Shown one piece after another: positions 10,584 to 19,221 of a stretch of DNA of 32,000 nucleotides (its first letter is position 1; every line of letters starts with the position of its first letter). The DNA is from Paracoccus suum (GTDB lineage: Bacteria > Pseudomonadota > Alphaproteobacteria > Rhodobacterales > Rhodobacteraceae). The position numbers and the translations under genes were made by a program. Where the stretch lies: NCBI RefSeq assembly GCF_003324675.1, contig NZ_CP030918.1:3030001-3062000 (forward strand), read 5' to 3'. The notes under the pieces are model-generated. The model searched no databases. It was not told where the DNA came from and saw only the letters and a program-made list of their open reading frames with translations.

Positions 10584-10609
10584 GGCGCCCCGCGTGGGCG
10601 CCGTTTTTA
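10584..10609 (+). terminator. Rho-independent terminator
   Basis: GGCGCCC-cgcgt-GGGCGCC forms a perfect 7-bp GC stem with a 5-nt loop, followed by GTTTTT. Confidence 0.55.
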
Positions 10610-10862
10610 AGCTCGGGGCTGTCAGCTGAGAGAGTAGCGAGCCAACTGGCGTAGTATCCCTCCTAACAGCGCGGTCACGGGGGGCTGCTCAAGCCGATGG
10701 GACAGGTATCTTAGTCGCGGTTAGATCAACACGAGCTCTCTCTCTCGCGGCATTACCGATACGCCCCGCTGCCAAACCGCAGTAGCCCGCTGTAATGTGA
10801 TCTTCTTCGCCATGCTTGCGACGACGAAGTTTTCTCCACCACTCCATCGCGGCTGCATACCC

Positions 10863-11138
10863 TCATGCGATGCCCGCCCTCGCCAGCATTGCATGAAGCA
10901 GCACCGACGCCCCCGCCGCGAGATCGTCCGGCGAAGCATACTCCGCGACATTATGGCTGATGCCATCGCGGCACGGCACGAAGATCATCGCAGCGGGCGT
11001 GCCCTCGGCAACGTTGCAGGTATCGTGCAGGGCGCCGCTGGCCATTCGCATAGCGCTTTCGCCCAGCAGGGCCGCGGCGTTTTCAACGGTGCTGACGCAG
11101 TTCACGTCCAGCCGCGTGGGGGGGATCTCGACGCGCAA
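10863..11138 (-). pseudogene. 3' remnant of an M20-family amidohydrolase (allantoate/N-carbamoyl-amino-acid amidohydrolase type)
   Basis: Only the C-terminal ~90 codons are family-like: SGALHDTCNVAEGTPAAMIFVPCRDGISHNVAEYASPDDLAAGASVLLHAML. Upstream codons in the ORF are not family-like, and the N-terminal ~300 codons are absent. Confidence 0.55.
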
Positions 11139-11589
11139 GGACGGGGCAGTCTTCCCCGTTACCACCAGCCTCAAGGGCGGCGCCGTCGGCAACGTCTGTA
11201 AGAGCCTCCTGAAGCAGGGCCTGATCGAGGAAATCGCCGCGACGGATCTTAACACGGTCTGGCGGCACGACGAAGAGCGCGGCCCGATTACGCTGCGCGC
11301 CACCCCGCTGGCCTACAGCACCCTCGGGATCACGGACCAGCAGGACGAGACGCCGGTCGAAACGCCGACCGCCCCGGTCCAGCGCCGGAAGGGGACCAAG
11401 CACGAGACCCTGATCGAGATGCTGCGCGCCGAGGGCGGCGCGACCATCGACGAGATCGTCGAAGCTACGGGATGGCAAGCTCACACAGTGAGAGGCGCCA
11501 TGTCCGGCGCGCTCAAGAAGAAGCTCGGCCTGATGATCACCTCCGAGAAGGTCGAGGGGCGCGGCAGGGTGTACAAACTGAACAACTAA
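11116..11589 (+). pseudogene. DUF3489-family protein, apparently 5'-truncated
   Basis: The C-terminal signature GATIDEIVEATGWQAHTVRGAMSGALKKKLGL is typical of DUF3489. The N-terminal repeat begins mid-domain (RKDGAVFPVTTSLKGGAVGNVCKSLLKQGLIEE) with no ATG or RBS. Upstream ORF-track codons overlap the hydrolase remnant on the other strand. Confidence 0.55.
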
Positions 11590-11639
11590 GCGCCTGCATT
11601 CCCTGCATGCTTTGGCTATGCTGCTTTGCGGAGGACCCC

Positions 11640-12485
11640 ATGGATCTCGTGAACCCGCAAAGCAGCACGATCATTTTCGGTTTCGACTCTGCGTGGACGG
11701 ATGCCCCCAAGGCACCCGGCGCAATCTGCGCAGTCGCGTTTGATGAACGGGGTCGTGTCCAGTTCCACGAACCTCGGCTCGTCTCGTTCACGGAGGCTCA
11801 TAGATTCATTGATGGGCTTCGCAAGGATTTCTTCGTTAGCCTCGTTGCGCTCGATCAGCCCACAGTTGTGCCCAATGCCGCAGGCAGCCGCCCGGTGGAC
11901 AAAGTCGCTGCGTCCCTCGTTTCTTTTGTCGGCGGTGGCGTTCAGCCGGCCAACCGCAGCAAGATCGGCATGTTCTGCGACGCCTCGCCGATTTGGTCTT
12001 TCATTTCGGGTCTCGATGCGACGGAGGATCCGATTCAGGCGCGCACTGCGTCTGCTGGCCACTTCCTTATCGAAGTATTCCCCGCGCTGGCTCTGCCCGC
12101 GCTCGACGACGGCTTTTCTCAGCGGCTCTGCGCTCCGAAGTACAATCCCCAGAACCGGAAGAAATTCCGCTTGGAGGACTGGCAGGCGGTGGCGCGCGTG
12201 GTCGAGCGTTCAGCTGAGCGGTTCAATGTGCCGGGCCTTGCCGAATGGGCGCATCAGATGCGGAACGCCGCCCAACCTCGGAAGTCCGATCAGGACAAGC
12301 TTGATGCTGCCATCTGCGCGCTGATTGGTCTCTGCTGGCGAGCGGGCCCCACTGCTCATTCGGCATTTCTGGGCGACGTTGTTCACGGGTACATGGTCAC
12401 GCCGATCTCAGACGCGACGTGGCCCCGACTCCAGCAGGCAGCAATCCGGCGCGGCGTGCCGACGTCGCAGGATGTTGGTTCCTAG
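11640..12485 (+). CDS. DUF429-like predicted RNase H-fold protein (function unknown); intact
   Basis: Start set at ATG 11640, with GGAGG 6 nt upstream. 281 aa. Pattern GFDSAW ... ALDQPTVVPN..G.RP ... EVFPALAL ... DKLDAAICALIGL resembles DUF429. The assignment is tentative. Confidence 0.55.
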   Translation: MDLVNPQSSTIIFGFDSAWTDAPKAPGAICAVAFDERGRVQFHEPRLVSFTEAHRFIDGLRKDFFVSLVALDQPTVVPNAAGSRPVDKVAASLVSFVGGGVQPANRSKIGMFCDASPIWSFISGLDATEDPIQARTASAGHFLIEVFPALALPALDDGFSQRLCAPKYNPQNRKKFRLEDWQAVARVVERSAERFNVPGLAEWAHQMRNAAQPRKSDQDKLDAAICALIGLCWRAGPTAHSAFLGDVVHGYMVTPISDATWPRLQQAAIRRGVPTSQDVGS

Positions 12486-12700
12486 TTTCTCACCCGGATC
12501 GCCTCGAACAGCCGCCGCAGCGCGAAAGACCGCGCTAGGCTCACCACGGTGAACACCGCGCCCATCTTCAGGTTCTGCGCCAGCGTCGTGTGCAGCCCGA
12601 AGACCGGGAAGATCAGGATCTGCGTCACGACCGCGACTCCGTAGCCGACGATCACGTTGGCGACAGACTCGACCAGCGGCATGAGGCGGGACTGCTTCAT
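12482..12700 (-). CDS. Small two-TM membrane protein of phage-module type (72 aa)
   Basis: MKQSRLMPLVESVANVIVGYGVAVVTQILIFPVFGL...VSLARSFALRRLFE. GAGG lies 7 nt upstream of the ATG. It directly follows the Dcm remnant, and its stop overlaps the stop of the convergent 11640-12485 gene at a CTAG. Confidence 0.55.
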   Translation of the reverse strand: MKQSRLMPLVESVANVIVGYGVAVVTQILIFPVFGLHTTLAQNLKMGAVFTVVSLARSFALRRLFEAIRVRN

Positions 12701-12709
12701 GCCGCTGCC

Positions 12710-13892
12710 TCATCCATCGGCCAGCAGTGCAGCCGCGAGAGTTCGCAGCGCATGCGCCGCAACCAGCGGGACCACGCCGTTGCCACAGAGGCGAAGCCGG
12801 TCCACCCGGTGGGCCAGCCCATCAGCGCCTCGACAAACAGCGGGTTCAAGGTCCGGCGCGGCTCGGAGGTATCGCTCCCAGCCATCGGCGTCACCAGGAC
12901 CTGGCGGCCAAGCAGACCGTTCACCGGCGTGTTGGCAAGGCTCGTCGCGCCATCCTTGTGGTCGCGGGCCGTCGGCGTCATCCACATCCCCGCCGCATGG
13001 GTCAGGTCGGCGGTCCGGCGGTTGCCCGCGCTCGGCTTGCAGCCGTCGTTCGCCATCGGCGTCGGCCAGTCCCGCGCCATGCCGTCCAGACCCTTCTCGT
13101 CGCGCCGCTCGCCACCCCAGCTGCGGAAGCTGTCCGTCTGCGGCGTCGGCCACATCGCGGCCGTCGTCGCGAGGTTCATGCCGTGCTGGCCCGCTTGCTG
13201 CGATGGCGTCGGCTTCGTCTGCCGGTTCTCGTTGGCGCTGGCCCTCGGCGTCGGCCAGAGGCGCAGCAATTCCGTCCGGTTCCCGCCACTCGACCGGGTG
13301 CCAGAGCAGGCGCGCGGGGTCGGCCAGGTCGTCCCCGTCGCGGATGGCGAGGATGAAGAGCCGCTCGCGCTTGTGGGGCGCGCCGACTTCCGCCGCCGTG
13401 AAGAGGCCTGCCTCAAGGCGGTAGCCCATGCCGACCAGTCCTGCGGCGACTTCGGGGAAGAAGGCGGAGATGATGGGCGACATTCTCGAGGAAGACGAAG
13501 GGCGGCTCGATCTCGCCGATGATGCGGGCGACATGGGGCCAGAGATGGCGCGGGTCGTCTGCGCCCCGGCGCTTACCCGCGACCGAGAACGGCTGGCACG
13601 GATAGCCCGCAGTGACGATGTCCACCGCGCCGCGCCAAGGGCGGCCGTCGAAGGTGGCAAGATCGTCCCAGACAACAGCCTGATCCAGGGACGCGTCTTC
13701 CATCCGCGCCACGAGAGTGGCTGCGGCGAAGGTTTCCCGTTCGACATGGCCCACAGCACGATACCCGGGGATGGGATGGCGAGCCCGAGGTCGAGACCGC
13801 CCGCGCCGAAGCAGAGGGAGAGGCCGAAGAGGCATGCTCTCCGGCTCCGGAAGCGTCTCCGGAGGAAGGTAAAGCCAGGTCATGCATGTCAC
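12710..13892 (-). pseudogene. Phage-type DNA (cytosine-5)-methyltransferase, multiply frameshifted
   Basis: C5-MTase motifs are spread over all three minus frames. FGAGGLDLGLA (motif I) and GAPHKRERLFILA are in one frame. GYPCQPFSVAG and FVFLENV are in a second. The repeated WPTP/WMTP target-recognition region ending LNPLFVEALMGWPTGW is in a third. DRLRLCGNGVVP returns to the first frame. At least 4 frameshifts, and no in-frame start before motif I. Confidence 0.8.
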
Positions 13893-15258
13893 GCGGCGGT
13901 CTTGCGCGTTCGCGCGGGTTCAGGGGCGGCGTCCGTTGCCGGGGATCGGCGGGGGATTCGGCATCGTCGCCCAGCCGCTCGGTCCTCACCTGCGCGAAGG
14001 TCCGGCCGTCGCCATCAAAGATCGCGTCGCGGCCGGTCTCGGCCTGCCAGCGCTCGATCGCGACATCGACATAGGCCGGGCTGATTTCCATTGCGAAGAC
14101 GCGGCGGCCGTTGGCTTCGCCCGCCATGATTTGCGAGCCGGAGCCTGAGAACGGCTCGTAGCAGAGGCCGCCCCGCGCTACATGCTGGCGCATCGGGATC
14201 CCGAAGGCATCGAGCGGCTTCGGCGTCGGGTGGTCGGGCCGGTCGTCCTTGGCGAAACTGGGCAGCGCCCAGGTCGATGGCAGGGTTTCCTCGGCCACCT
14301 TCGGCGGCCGGTTCGGGCGCGCCAGCCCATGAAGCAGGGCTCGTGCTTCCAGAGGTAGGGGATCGGGTCAGAACCCCTCGGTCCTTCACCAGATGATCTG
14401 CTGATGGACGAACGCGCCCGCCTTTTCCTAGCAGGTTTCCAGCGTCGCCTGGAGACGGGACGCGTGCCAACAGTACCAGGCCGCGTTCTCGGCGATCGCT
14501 TCCGCCACGGCTGCAGCGATGAACCCGTCGTAGAGTTCCGCCCCCTGCGAACTGTCGTCCCAGGTCGTGCCATAAGACGGGGACCAATCATTGTTCCGGG
14601 TCGGGTGGTTCGAGCCATCGTAGTCCAAGAGATACGGTGGGTCGGTCGCGAATAGGATCGCCCGCTCGCCATTCATCAGGCGACGCACATCGGCAACGCT
14701 GGTGCTGTCACCGCACGGCAGGCGGTTGTCGCCGAGCATCCAGAGATCGCCCGTCTGCGACGCCGGGTTGCGCGGCAGTTCAGGGATGGTCACCGGCGGC
14801 ACTGACCCCCTGACGCCACCTTCTTGCCCGTCGTCCGCGACGTAGGCCAGCAGCTTGTCCAATTCGCCGTCGGAGAAGCCGACGAGTGACAGGTCGAACT
14901 CCTCGGCCAGCAGATCGTTCAGTTCAGCCGACAGCAGCGCCTCGTCCCAAGTGCCGAGTTCGGTAAGCTTGTTGTCCGCGATCCGGTAGGCCCGGCGCTG
15001 CGCCTCGGTCAGGTGGCCCAGCACGATCACCGGCGCCTCGGTCAGCCCCAGCTGGGTTGCCGCCAGCACGCGCCCGTGGCCGGCGATCAGTTCGCCGTCC
15101 TCGGCGACGAGGCATGGCACGGTCCAGCCGAACTCGGCCATGCTGGCGGCGATCTTGGCGACCTGGTCTGGCCCGTGCGCCTTCGCGTTCTTCGCGTAGG
15201 GCTGGAGGCGCGACAGCGGCCACGTCTCGATCGCGTCCGAGGCGAAGCTCAGCGTCAT
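13893..15258 (-). pseudogene. ParB-like nuclease domain fused to N6/N4 DNA methyltransferase, disrupted
   Basis: Start at ATG 15258 (MTLSFASDAIETWPLSRL). ParB-N domain (LIAGHGRVLAA), DPPY motif, then an in-frame TAG at 14428-14430. Next EKAGAFVHQQIIW, VKDRGVLTRS and PYLWKHEPCFMGW lie in successive frames. Frame 0 resumes with HPTPKPLD and EPFSGSGSQ. The 3' end is approximate; frame 0 stays open to 13573. Confidence 0.8.
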
Positions 15259-15380
15259 GGTGGGCAAGGTTCCTCGGTCGGGTGGATGCCAGTGGCTTCC
15301 GGACTCCGGATGCCGGATGCCGGGCCGGGCTCCACAGGGGTCCAGCGGCGACCAGCGGTGTCCGGTCGTAAGGCCAGCGT

Positions 15381-15536
15381 TCATTGGTGTTTGCGCGGCG
15401 GGCGAGTGGCTCCGGCTTCCGGATGGCTTCCCAAAAATCCGGCCCTGTCGCTGTCGATGTCCCGCGCTTCGCCCGCCAGCATACGAACATCGCCAGGAAG
15501 GAACCAAGATATCACAGGCTTGGCAGTTTGGACCAT
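15381..15536 (-). CDS. Small hypothetical protein (51 aa)
   Basis: ATG 15536 has GAGGAG 7 nt upstream. Sequence MVQTAKPVISWFLPGDVRMLAGEARDIDSDRAGFLGS.... Sits at the head of the methyltransferase module. No family recognised. Confidence 0.3.
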   Translation of the reverse strand: MVQTAKPVISWFLPGDVRMLAGEARDIDSDRAGFLGSHPEAGATRPPRKHQ

Positions 15537-15679
15537 AACTGGTCTCCTCGCTGGACCCCGCAAGCCAGCGGCGCGGCGTCTGCCTGCGCGCCTCTCCCGA
15601 GCATATTCGTTTTCTAACGGCCTCGACGAAATGTGTAAGGGTCTGCGATGTACACCCGAAAATTTCCTGAGAGGACGAT

Positions 15680-15691
15680 TTTTCTAGAAAA
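15680..15691. repeat. Perfect 12-bp palindrome TTTTCTAGAAAA in an AT-rich spacer
   Basis: Read directly from the sequence. It lies in the lowest-GC stretch of the element (about 15600-15700), upstream of the minus-strand methyltransferase module. Candidate operator. Confidence 0.3.
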
Positions 15692-15750
15692 GTGATTGAC
15701 GTTTTCGATGACGAACTGCTGCGAGCGTCGAGACGACGGCACGCGACCGT

Positions 15751-15921
15751 TCAGGCGCCAACCTCCCAGTCGGATAGAGGCACCTGTTCGACAAGGACAC
15801 GTTTCGCCAGCAGCCGGTCGAAGACCGGACCGAAGGACGGCGCGGCAAGCTCACCGAGCAGGACTGCGTCGTCGCCAGCCTCACTCAGCCGCGTCAACGA
15901 CCTCAAAATCGTCTCGGTCAT
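15751..15921 (-). CDS. Possible 56-aa ORF (MTETILRSLTRLSEAGDDAVLLGELAAPSFGPVFDRLLAKRVLVEQVPLSDWEVGA)
   Basis: Hand translated. The ATG follows TGATAA directly (ctgaTAAATGacc). Protein-like composition. Overlaps the last ~13 codons of the upstream pseudogene. Below the ORF-track cutoff. Confidence 0.3.
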   Translation of the reverse strand: MTETILRSLTRLSEAGDDAVLLGELAAPSFGPVFDRLLAKRVLVEQVPLSDWEVGA

Positions 15922-17132
15922 TTATCAGCCCGTTCCGTTCGATCAGCTTCATCGCCCGCGCCTCATGCTGGGTGCGGCGAAACTCCACGACGCTCGCGGG
16001 CCGCAACTTGACCGGACCTGCGGCTGGCGCTTGCCGTCGCCCTTGAACAGGATCCGGAACACGAGCTCGCCCAGCCGCCAGGCGCCGCCGAAACCGACCG
16101 GCGTGCTGCCGAAATGCTGGAGCGCGTCACCGCCGGATCTCGCGAGCGCAGCGTGCGCACAACGCGGGGATACCCCTTCTTGCCGGGCGCCATCAGGTCG
16201 GCCGCCGCCTCGATGATCAGCACCTTGTCGATTCAGTGGATCGTAGGCGGCATCGAAGGTGAAGCCCGGTTCGGCGATTTCCACTGGGCGCGGAGTATAG
16301 AGGTCCTGCGCATCGTCGCCGTCGAAGAAGCCGGGTCTATCGAGGATGATCGAGGCGAAGAGTTCCGCGATCTCGGGTTGATGCGCCTTCCGGATGCGGG
16401 CCAGTCGCAGCATGCCGGTGTTTCAGAGTATCGCAGCACGGCGTGGGAAATCTGGCGCACGCTGATGACCCGTTCGACTTGGCCCTCTAGGGCCGGCTTG
16501 GTCGAAACCATGGAGCCGTGGCTGACTACGAGGTTGATCTCGTCATCGTCGTCGTAGTCGCCTAACCGGCAGTAGTCCCCGAGAAACGCCACGGAAGATG
16601 GCGGCAACGGCCGTCCGGAACGCCTCGACCTTCTCCGCCGTCAGATCGATCGCGACGCCACGTTCCCGCCCGGCATATCCATGCAGGCGGTCGGCGGTAA
16701 GCATCGCCATGGTCGGCCGCGTCGAACAGATCGGGATGCTCCAGAAACACCCGGACGGGGATGTGCTTGGGATCATGCGCCTTGTTGGGCGCGTCGGCGT
16801 CGCCGGTCTTGATATCCGGGAACAGATCGACGCCCCGACGGCGGTCTGCGCCTGGATGATCTCGAGGCCGCGGGCATCGCCCAGTTCCGCGATGCGGTGC
16901 AGATCGCCGCGCAGCTCCTCGGGATAGCTGTCCTCGAGCCGGTCAGCAGTTTCTCCAGCTCCTCGCGAGCGACATCCTCCTCCTGGTCCAGCAGGTCCAC
17001 TGTGAAGCCCTCGTACTTGCCCGCATGCCGCGCAAGAAGCGGCTTCATCAGGGCGAGATCGATGGTCTTGATGAACCGGGGGTTCACGAACTTCTTCAAA
17101 TTGCCGGCCACGACGAATCCCCTCTCCTGCAA
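15881..17132 (-). pseudogene. Unrecognised ~410-codon gene, heavily frameshifted
   Basis: Protein-like segments chain across frames in this order. MQERGFVVAGNLKKFVNPRFIKTIDLALMKPLL...; LEDSYPEELRGDLHRIAELGDARGLEIIQAQTAVG; VDLFPDIKTGDADAPNKAHDPKHIPVRVFLEHPDLFDAA; TMAMLTADRLHGYAGRERGVAIDLTAEKVEAF; GDYDDDDEINLVVSHGSMVSTKPALEGQVERVI; GMLRLARIRKAHQPEIAELFASIILDRPGFFDG...; VLIIEAAADLMAPGKKGYPR; GFGGAWRLGELVFRILFKGDGK; VKLRPASVVEFRRTQHEARAMKLIERNGLINDRDDFEVVDAAE, followed by a stop. About 8 frame changes. Confidence 0.6.
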
Positions 17133-17248
17133 GACAAGTGTTCTTGAGACGTTCTTTCGCGTGTTTCATCAACCCGCGCAGGATCGGCTCGGACGCTTTC
17201 CGACGTCGAGGAGTAGTGGTCAGAGGAGACGACTGCTCCGAGGCCCGC

Positions 17249-17452
17249 ATGAAACGCCCCAATCCCCTCCCTCCCGACCAGATGAGCGCCGCTGAGCGCC
17301 GCGCCGAACTGTGCGGTCTGATGGCGCTCGGGCTAGTTCGGCTGCTCGGGCAGGATGGGCGCGAAGTAACTGACAATACTGGAGAACGTTGCCTACACTA
17401 TCCCGACGACCAATGCCGTCATGCAACTCCAACTCACCGGAGAAACGCATGA
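17249..17452 (+). CDS. Small recombinase-cassette protein (67 aa)
   Basis: ATG 17249 has GAGG 5 nt upstream. Sequence MKRPNPLPPDQMSAAERRAELCGLMALGLVRLL.... Its stop overlaps the DUF2924 start (ATGA). This kind of small ORF commonly precedes DUF2924/serine recombinase pairs. Confidence 0.5.
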   Translation: MKRPNPLPPDQMSAAERRAELCGLMALGLVRLLGQDGREVTDNTGERCLHYPDDQCRHATPTHRRNA

Positions 17453-17904
17453 CGAAGTCCGATCCCATCCCCGCGCGCCTGGCCGCGTTGAAGTCCATGT
17501 CCGTCCCCCAGTTGAAGTCGGAGTGGCAGACGATCTTTGCGACGACGGCACCGAACAACAGCCGAGCATTCCTCAAGAGCCGGTTGGCCTACTGCATCCA
17601 AGAACTCACGTATGGCGGTCCTGATCGCGAAACCCGGCGCATGCTGGACCTGCTGGTTGACGAGGTCGGCGGCACCCTGACACGCAAGAGCCAGATCGCC
17701 GATCCTCGCAATCCCGTGGTCGGCACGAGGTTGATCCGCGAATGGAACGGGGTCGAGCGCACGATCACGGTCTTGCGTGACGGATTCGAGTGGCAAGGCC
17801 GCCCCTGCAAATCCTTGTCCGCGATTGCTCGGGCGATCACCGGGACGCGCTGGAATGGCTACCGCTTTTCCGGGTTGCGCGAACGAAAGCGGGGGAATGA
17901 ATGA
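17449..17904 (+). CDS. DUF2924 domain protein (serine recombinase accessory), intact
   Basis: 151 aa. Contains LKSEWQTIF, FLKSRLAYCIQELTYGG, GTRLIREWNGVE and SLSAIARAITGTRWNGYRF, the classic DUF2924 pattern. ATGA overlap with the recombinase start. Confidence 0.8.
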   Translation: MTKSDPIPARLAALKSMSVPQLKSEWQTIFATTAPNNSRAFLKSRLAYCIQELTYGGPDRETRRMLDLLVDEVGGTLTRKSQIADPRNPVVGTRLIREWNGVERTITVLRDGFEWQGRPCKSLSAIARAITGTRWNGYRFSGLRERKRGNE

Positions 17905-19221
17905 TGGATCAGAGCGCAAATCCCATTCGCCGCCAGCGTTGCGCCATCTACACGTGCAAGTCGTCCGAGGAAGGGCTGGAGCAGGAGTTCAACAGCCTGC
18001 ACGCCCAGCGAGAGGCCTACGAGGCCTTCATCGCCAGCCCGCGCTCCGAGGGCTGGGTGCTCGTCCGCGATCAGTATGACGACCGCGGCATCTCGGGCGG
18101 GACGCTGGAGCGGCCCAGCCTCAAGCAGCTTGGCCGACACTGAGGATGGCCTGATCGATGTGGTGGTCGTTTACAAGATCGACCGCCTGTCGCGGTCGCT
18201 GATGGACTTCTCGAAGCTGGTCGAGGTCTTCGACGGGAACGGCGTGACCTTCGCCTCGGTCACGCAGTCCTTCAATACCACCACCTCCATGGGGCGGCTG
18301 ACGCTGAACATCTTGCTCAGCTTCGCCCAGTTCGAGGTCACGGCCGAGCGCATCCGCGACAATGTCCGCGCCTCCCGCATGAAGGGCATGTGGATGGGCG
18401 GCTACGTCCCGCTCGGGTAGTATGTGAAGGACCGCAAACTCGCGGTGAACGAGGGACGAAGCCGCCACCGTGCGCGGCATCTTCGAACGCTTCGTCGATA
18501 TCGGATCAGCGACCGTGCTGGCCCGCGAACTGCGCCGCAAAGGACTCCGCAACAAGCACGGCACCTTGGTCGACAAGCGATATCTCTACAGGGTGCTGGT
18601 AGACCGCGTCTATCGCGGCGACGCCGTCCACAAGGGCAAGGCCTACCCGGCGAGCATCAGGCCATCATCGGCGAGCAGCTGTGGGATCAGGTCCATGCCA
18701 TCTTGCGGCAGAACCCGCGAAAGCGCGCCAACAACACCCGCGCACAGGCGCCTGCATTGCTCAAGGGGCTGATCTTCACGGCCACGGGCGCCGCCATGAC
18801 CCCGAGCAGCACGAAGAAGGGCACGCGGCGATACCGGTACTACGTCTCGATGGACGTCATCAAGAATCGCGAACCCAGCGATGAGGGCATCCCGCGCCGC
18901 CTTCCTGCCGACCTCGTGGAAGCGGCTGTGGTGACCGAGTTGCGGCGGGTGATGCGCGCGCCGTCGGTCACCGCACAGGTCATTGCCCACTTGGCCCGCG
19001 AGGGTCACGCCTTCGCCGAGGGCGACGTGATCTCCGCGCTGCAGACGTTCGATGACGTCTGGGGCCAGCTTTTCCCTGCGGAGCAGACCCGGGTCGTACT
19101 CTTGCTGGTGCGCCGGGTCACCGTGACGTCCGAGGGGCTGGTGATCGATGTCCGGACCGACGGCGTCTCGGGCGTCATGCGCGACATGATGGCGCCACTG
19201 AAGAAGGTGGCGGTGGAATGA
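17901..19221 (+). pseudogene. Large serine recombinase, disrupted
   Basis: Resolvase-domain strings are RCAIYTCKSSEEGLEQEFNSL, IDVVVVYKIDRLSRS and MGRLTLNILLSFAQFE. The recombinase domain is MWMGGYVPLG, in-frame TAG (18418-18420), then YVKDRKLAVNE. Frames change near 18125, 18455 and 18650. The catalytic-motif Arg is replaced (YTCKS rather than YTRKS). FAQFEVTAERIRD appears to lack the usual RE. Confidence 0.85.

Noticed and set aside
10832-10840. 9-bp direct repeat TTCTCCACC, also present at 20869-20877, as possible att sites flanking the element.
   Set aside because: A 9-mer shared between two ~300-bp windows is expected by chance roughly one time in three. The match does not extend on either side.
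12710-15258. Programmed ribosomal frameshifting as an explanation for the split methyltransferase genes.
   Set aside because: There are multiple shifts per gene in both directions and no slippery heptamers or downstream structures. An in-frame stop is also present. This is decay or sequencing error, not recoding.
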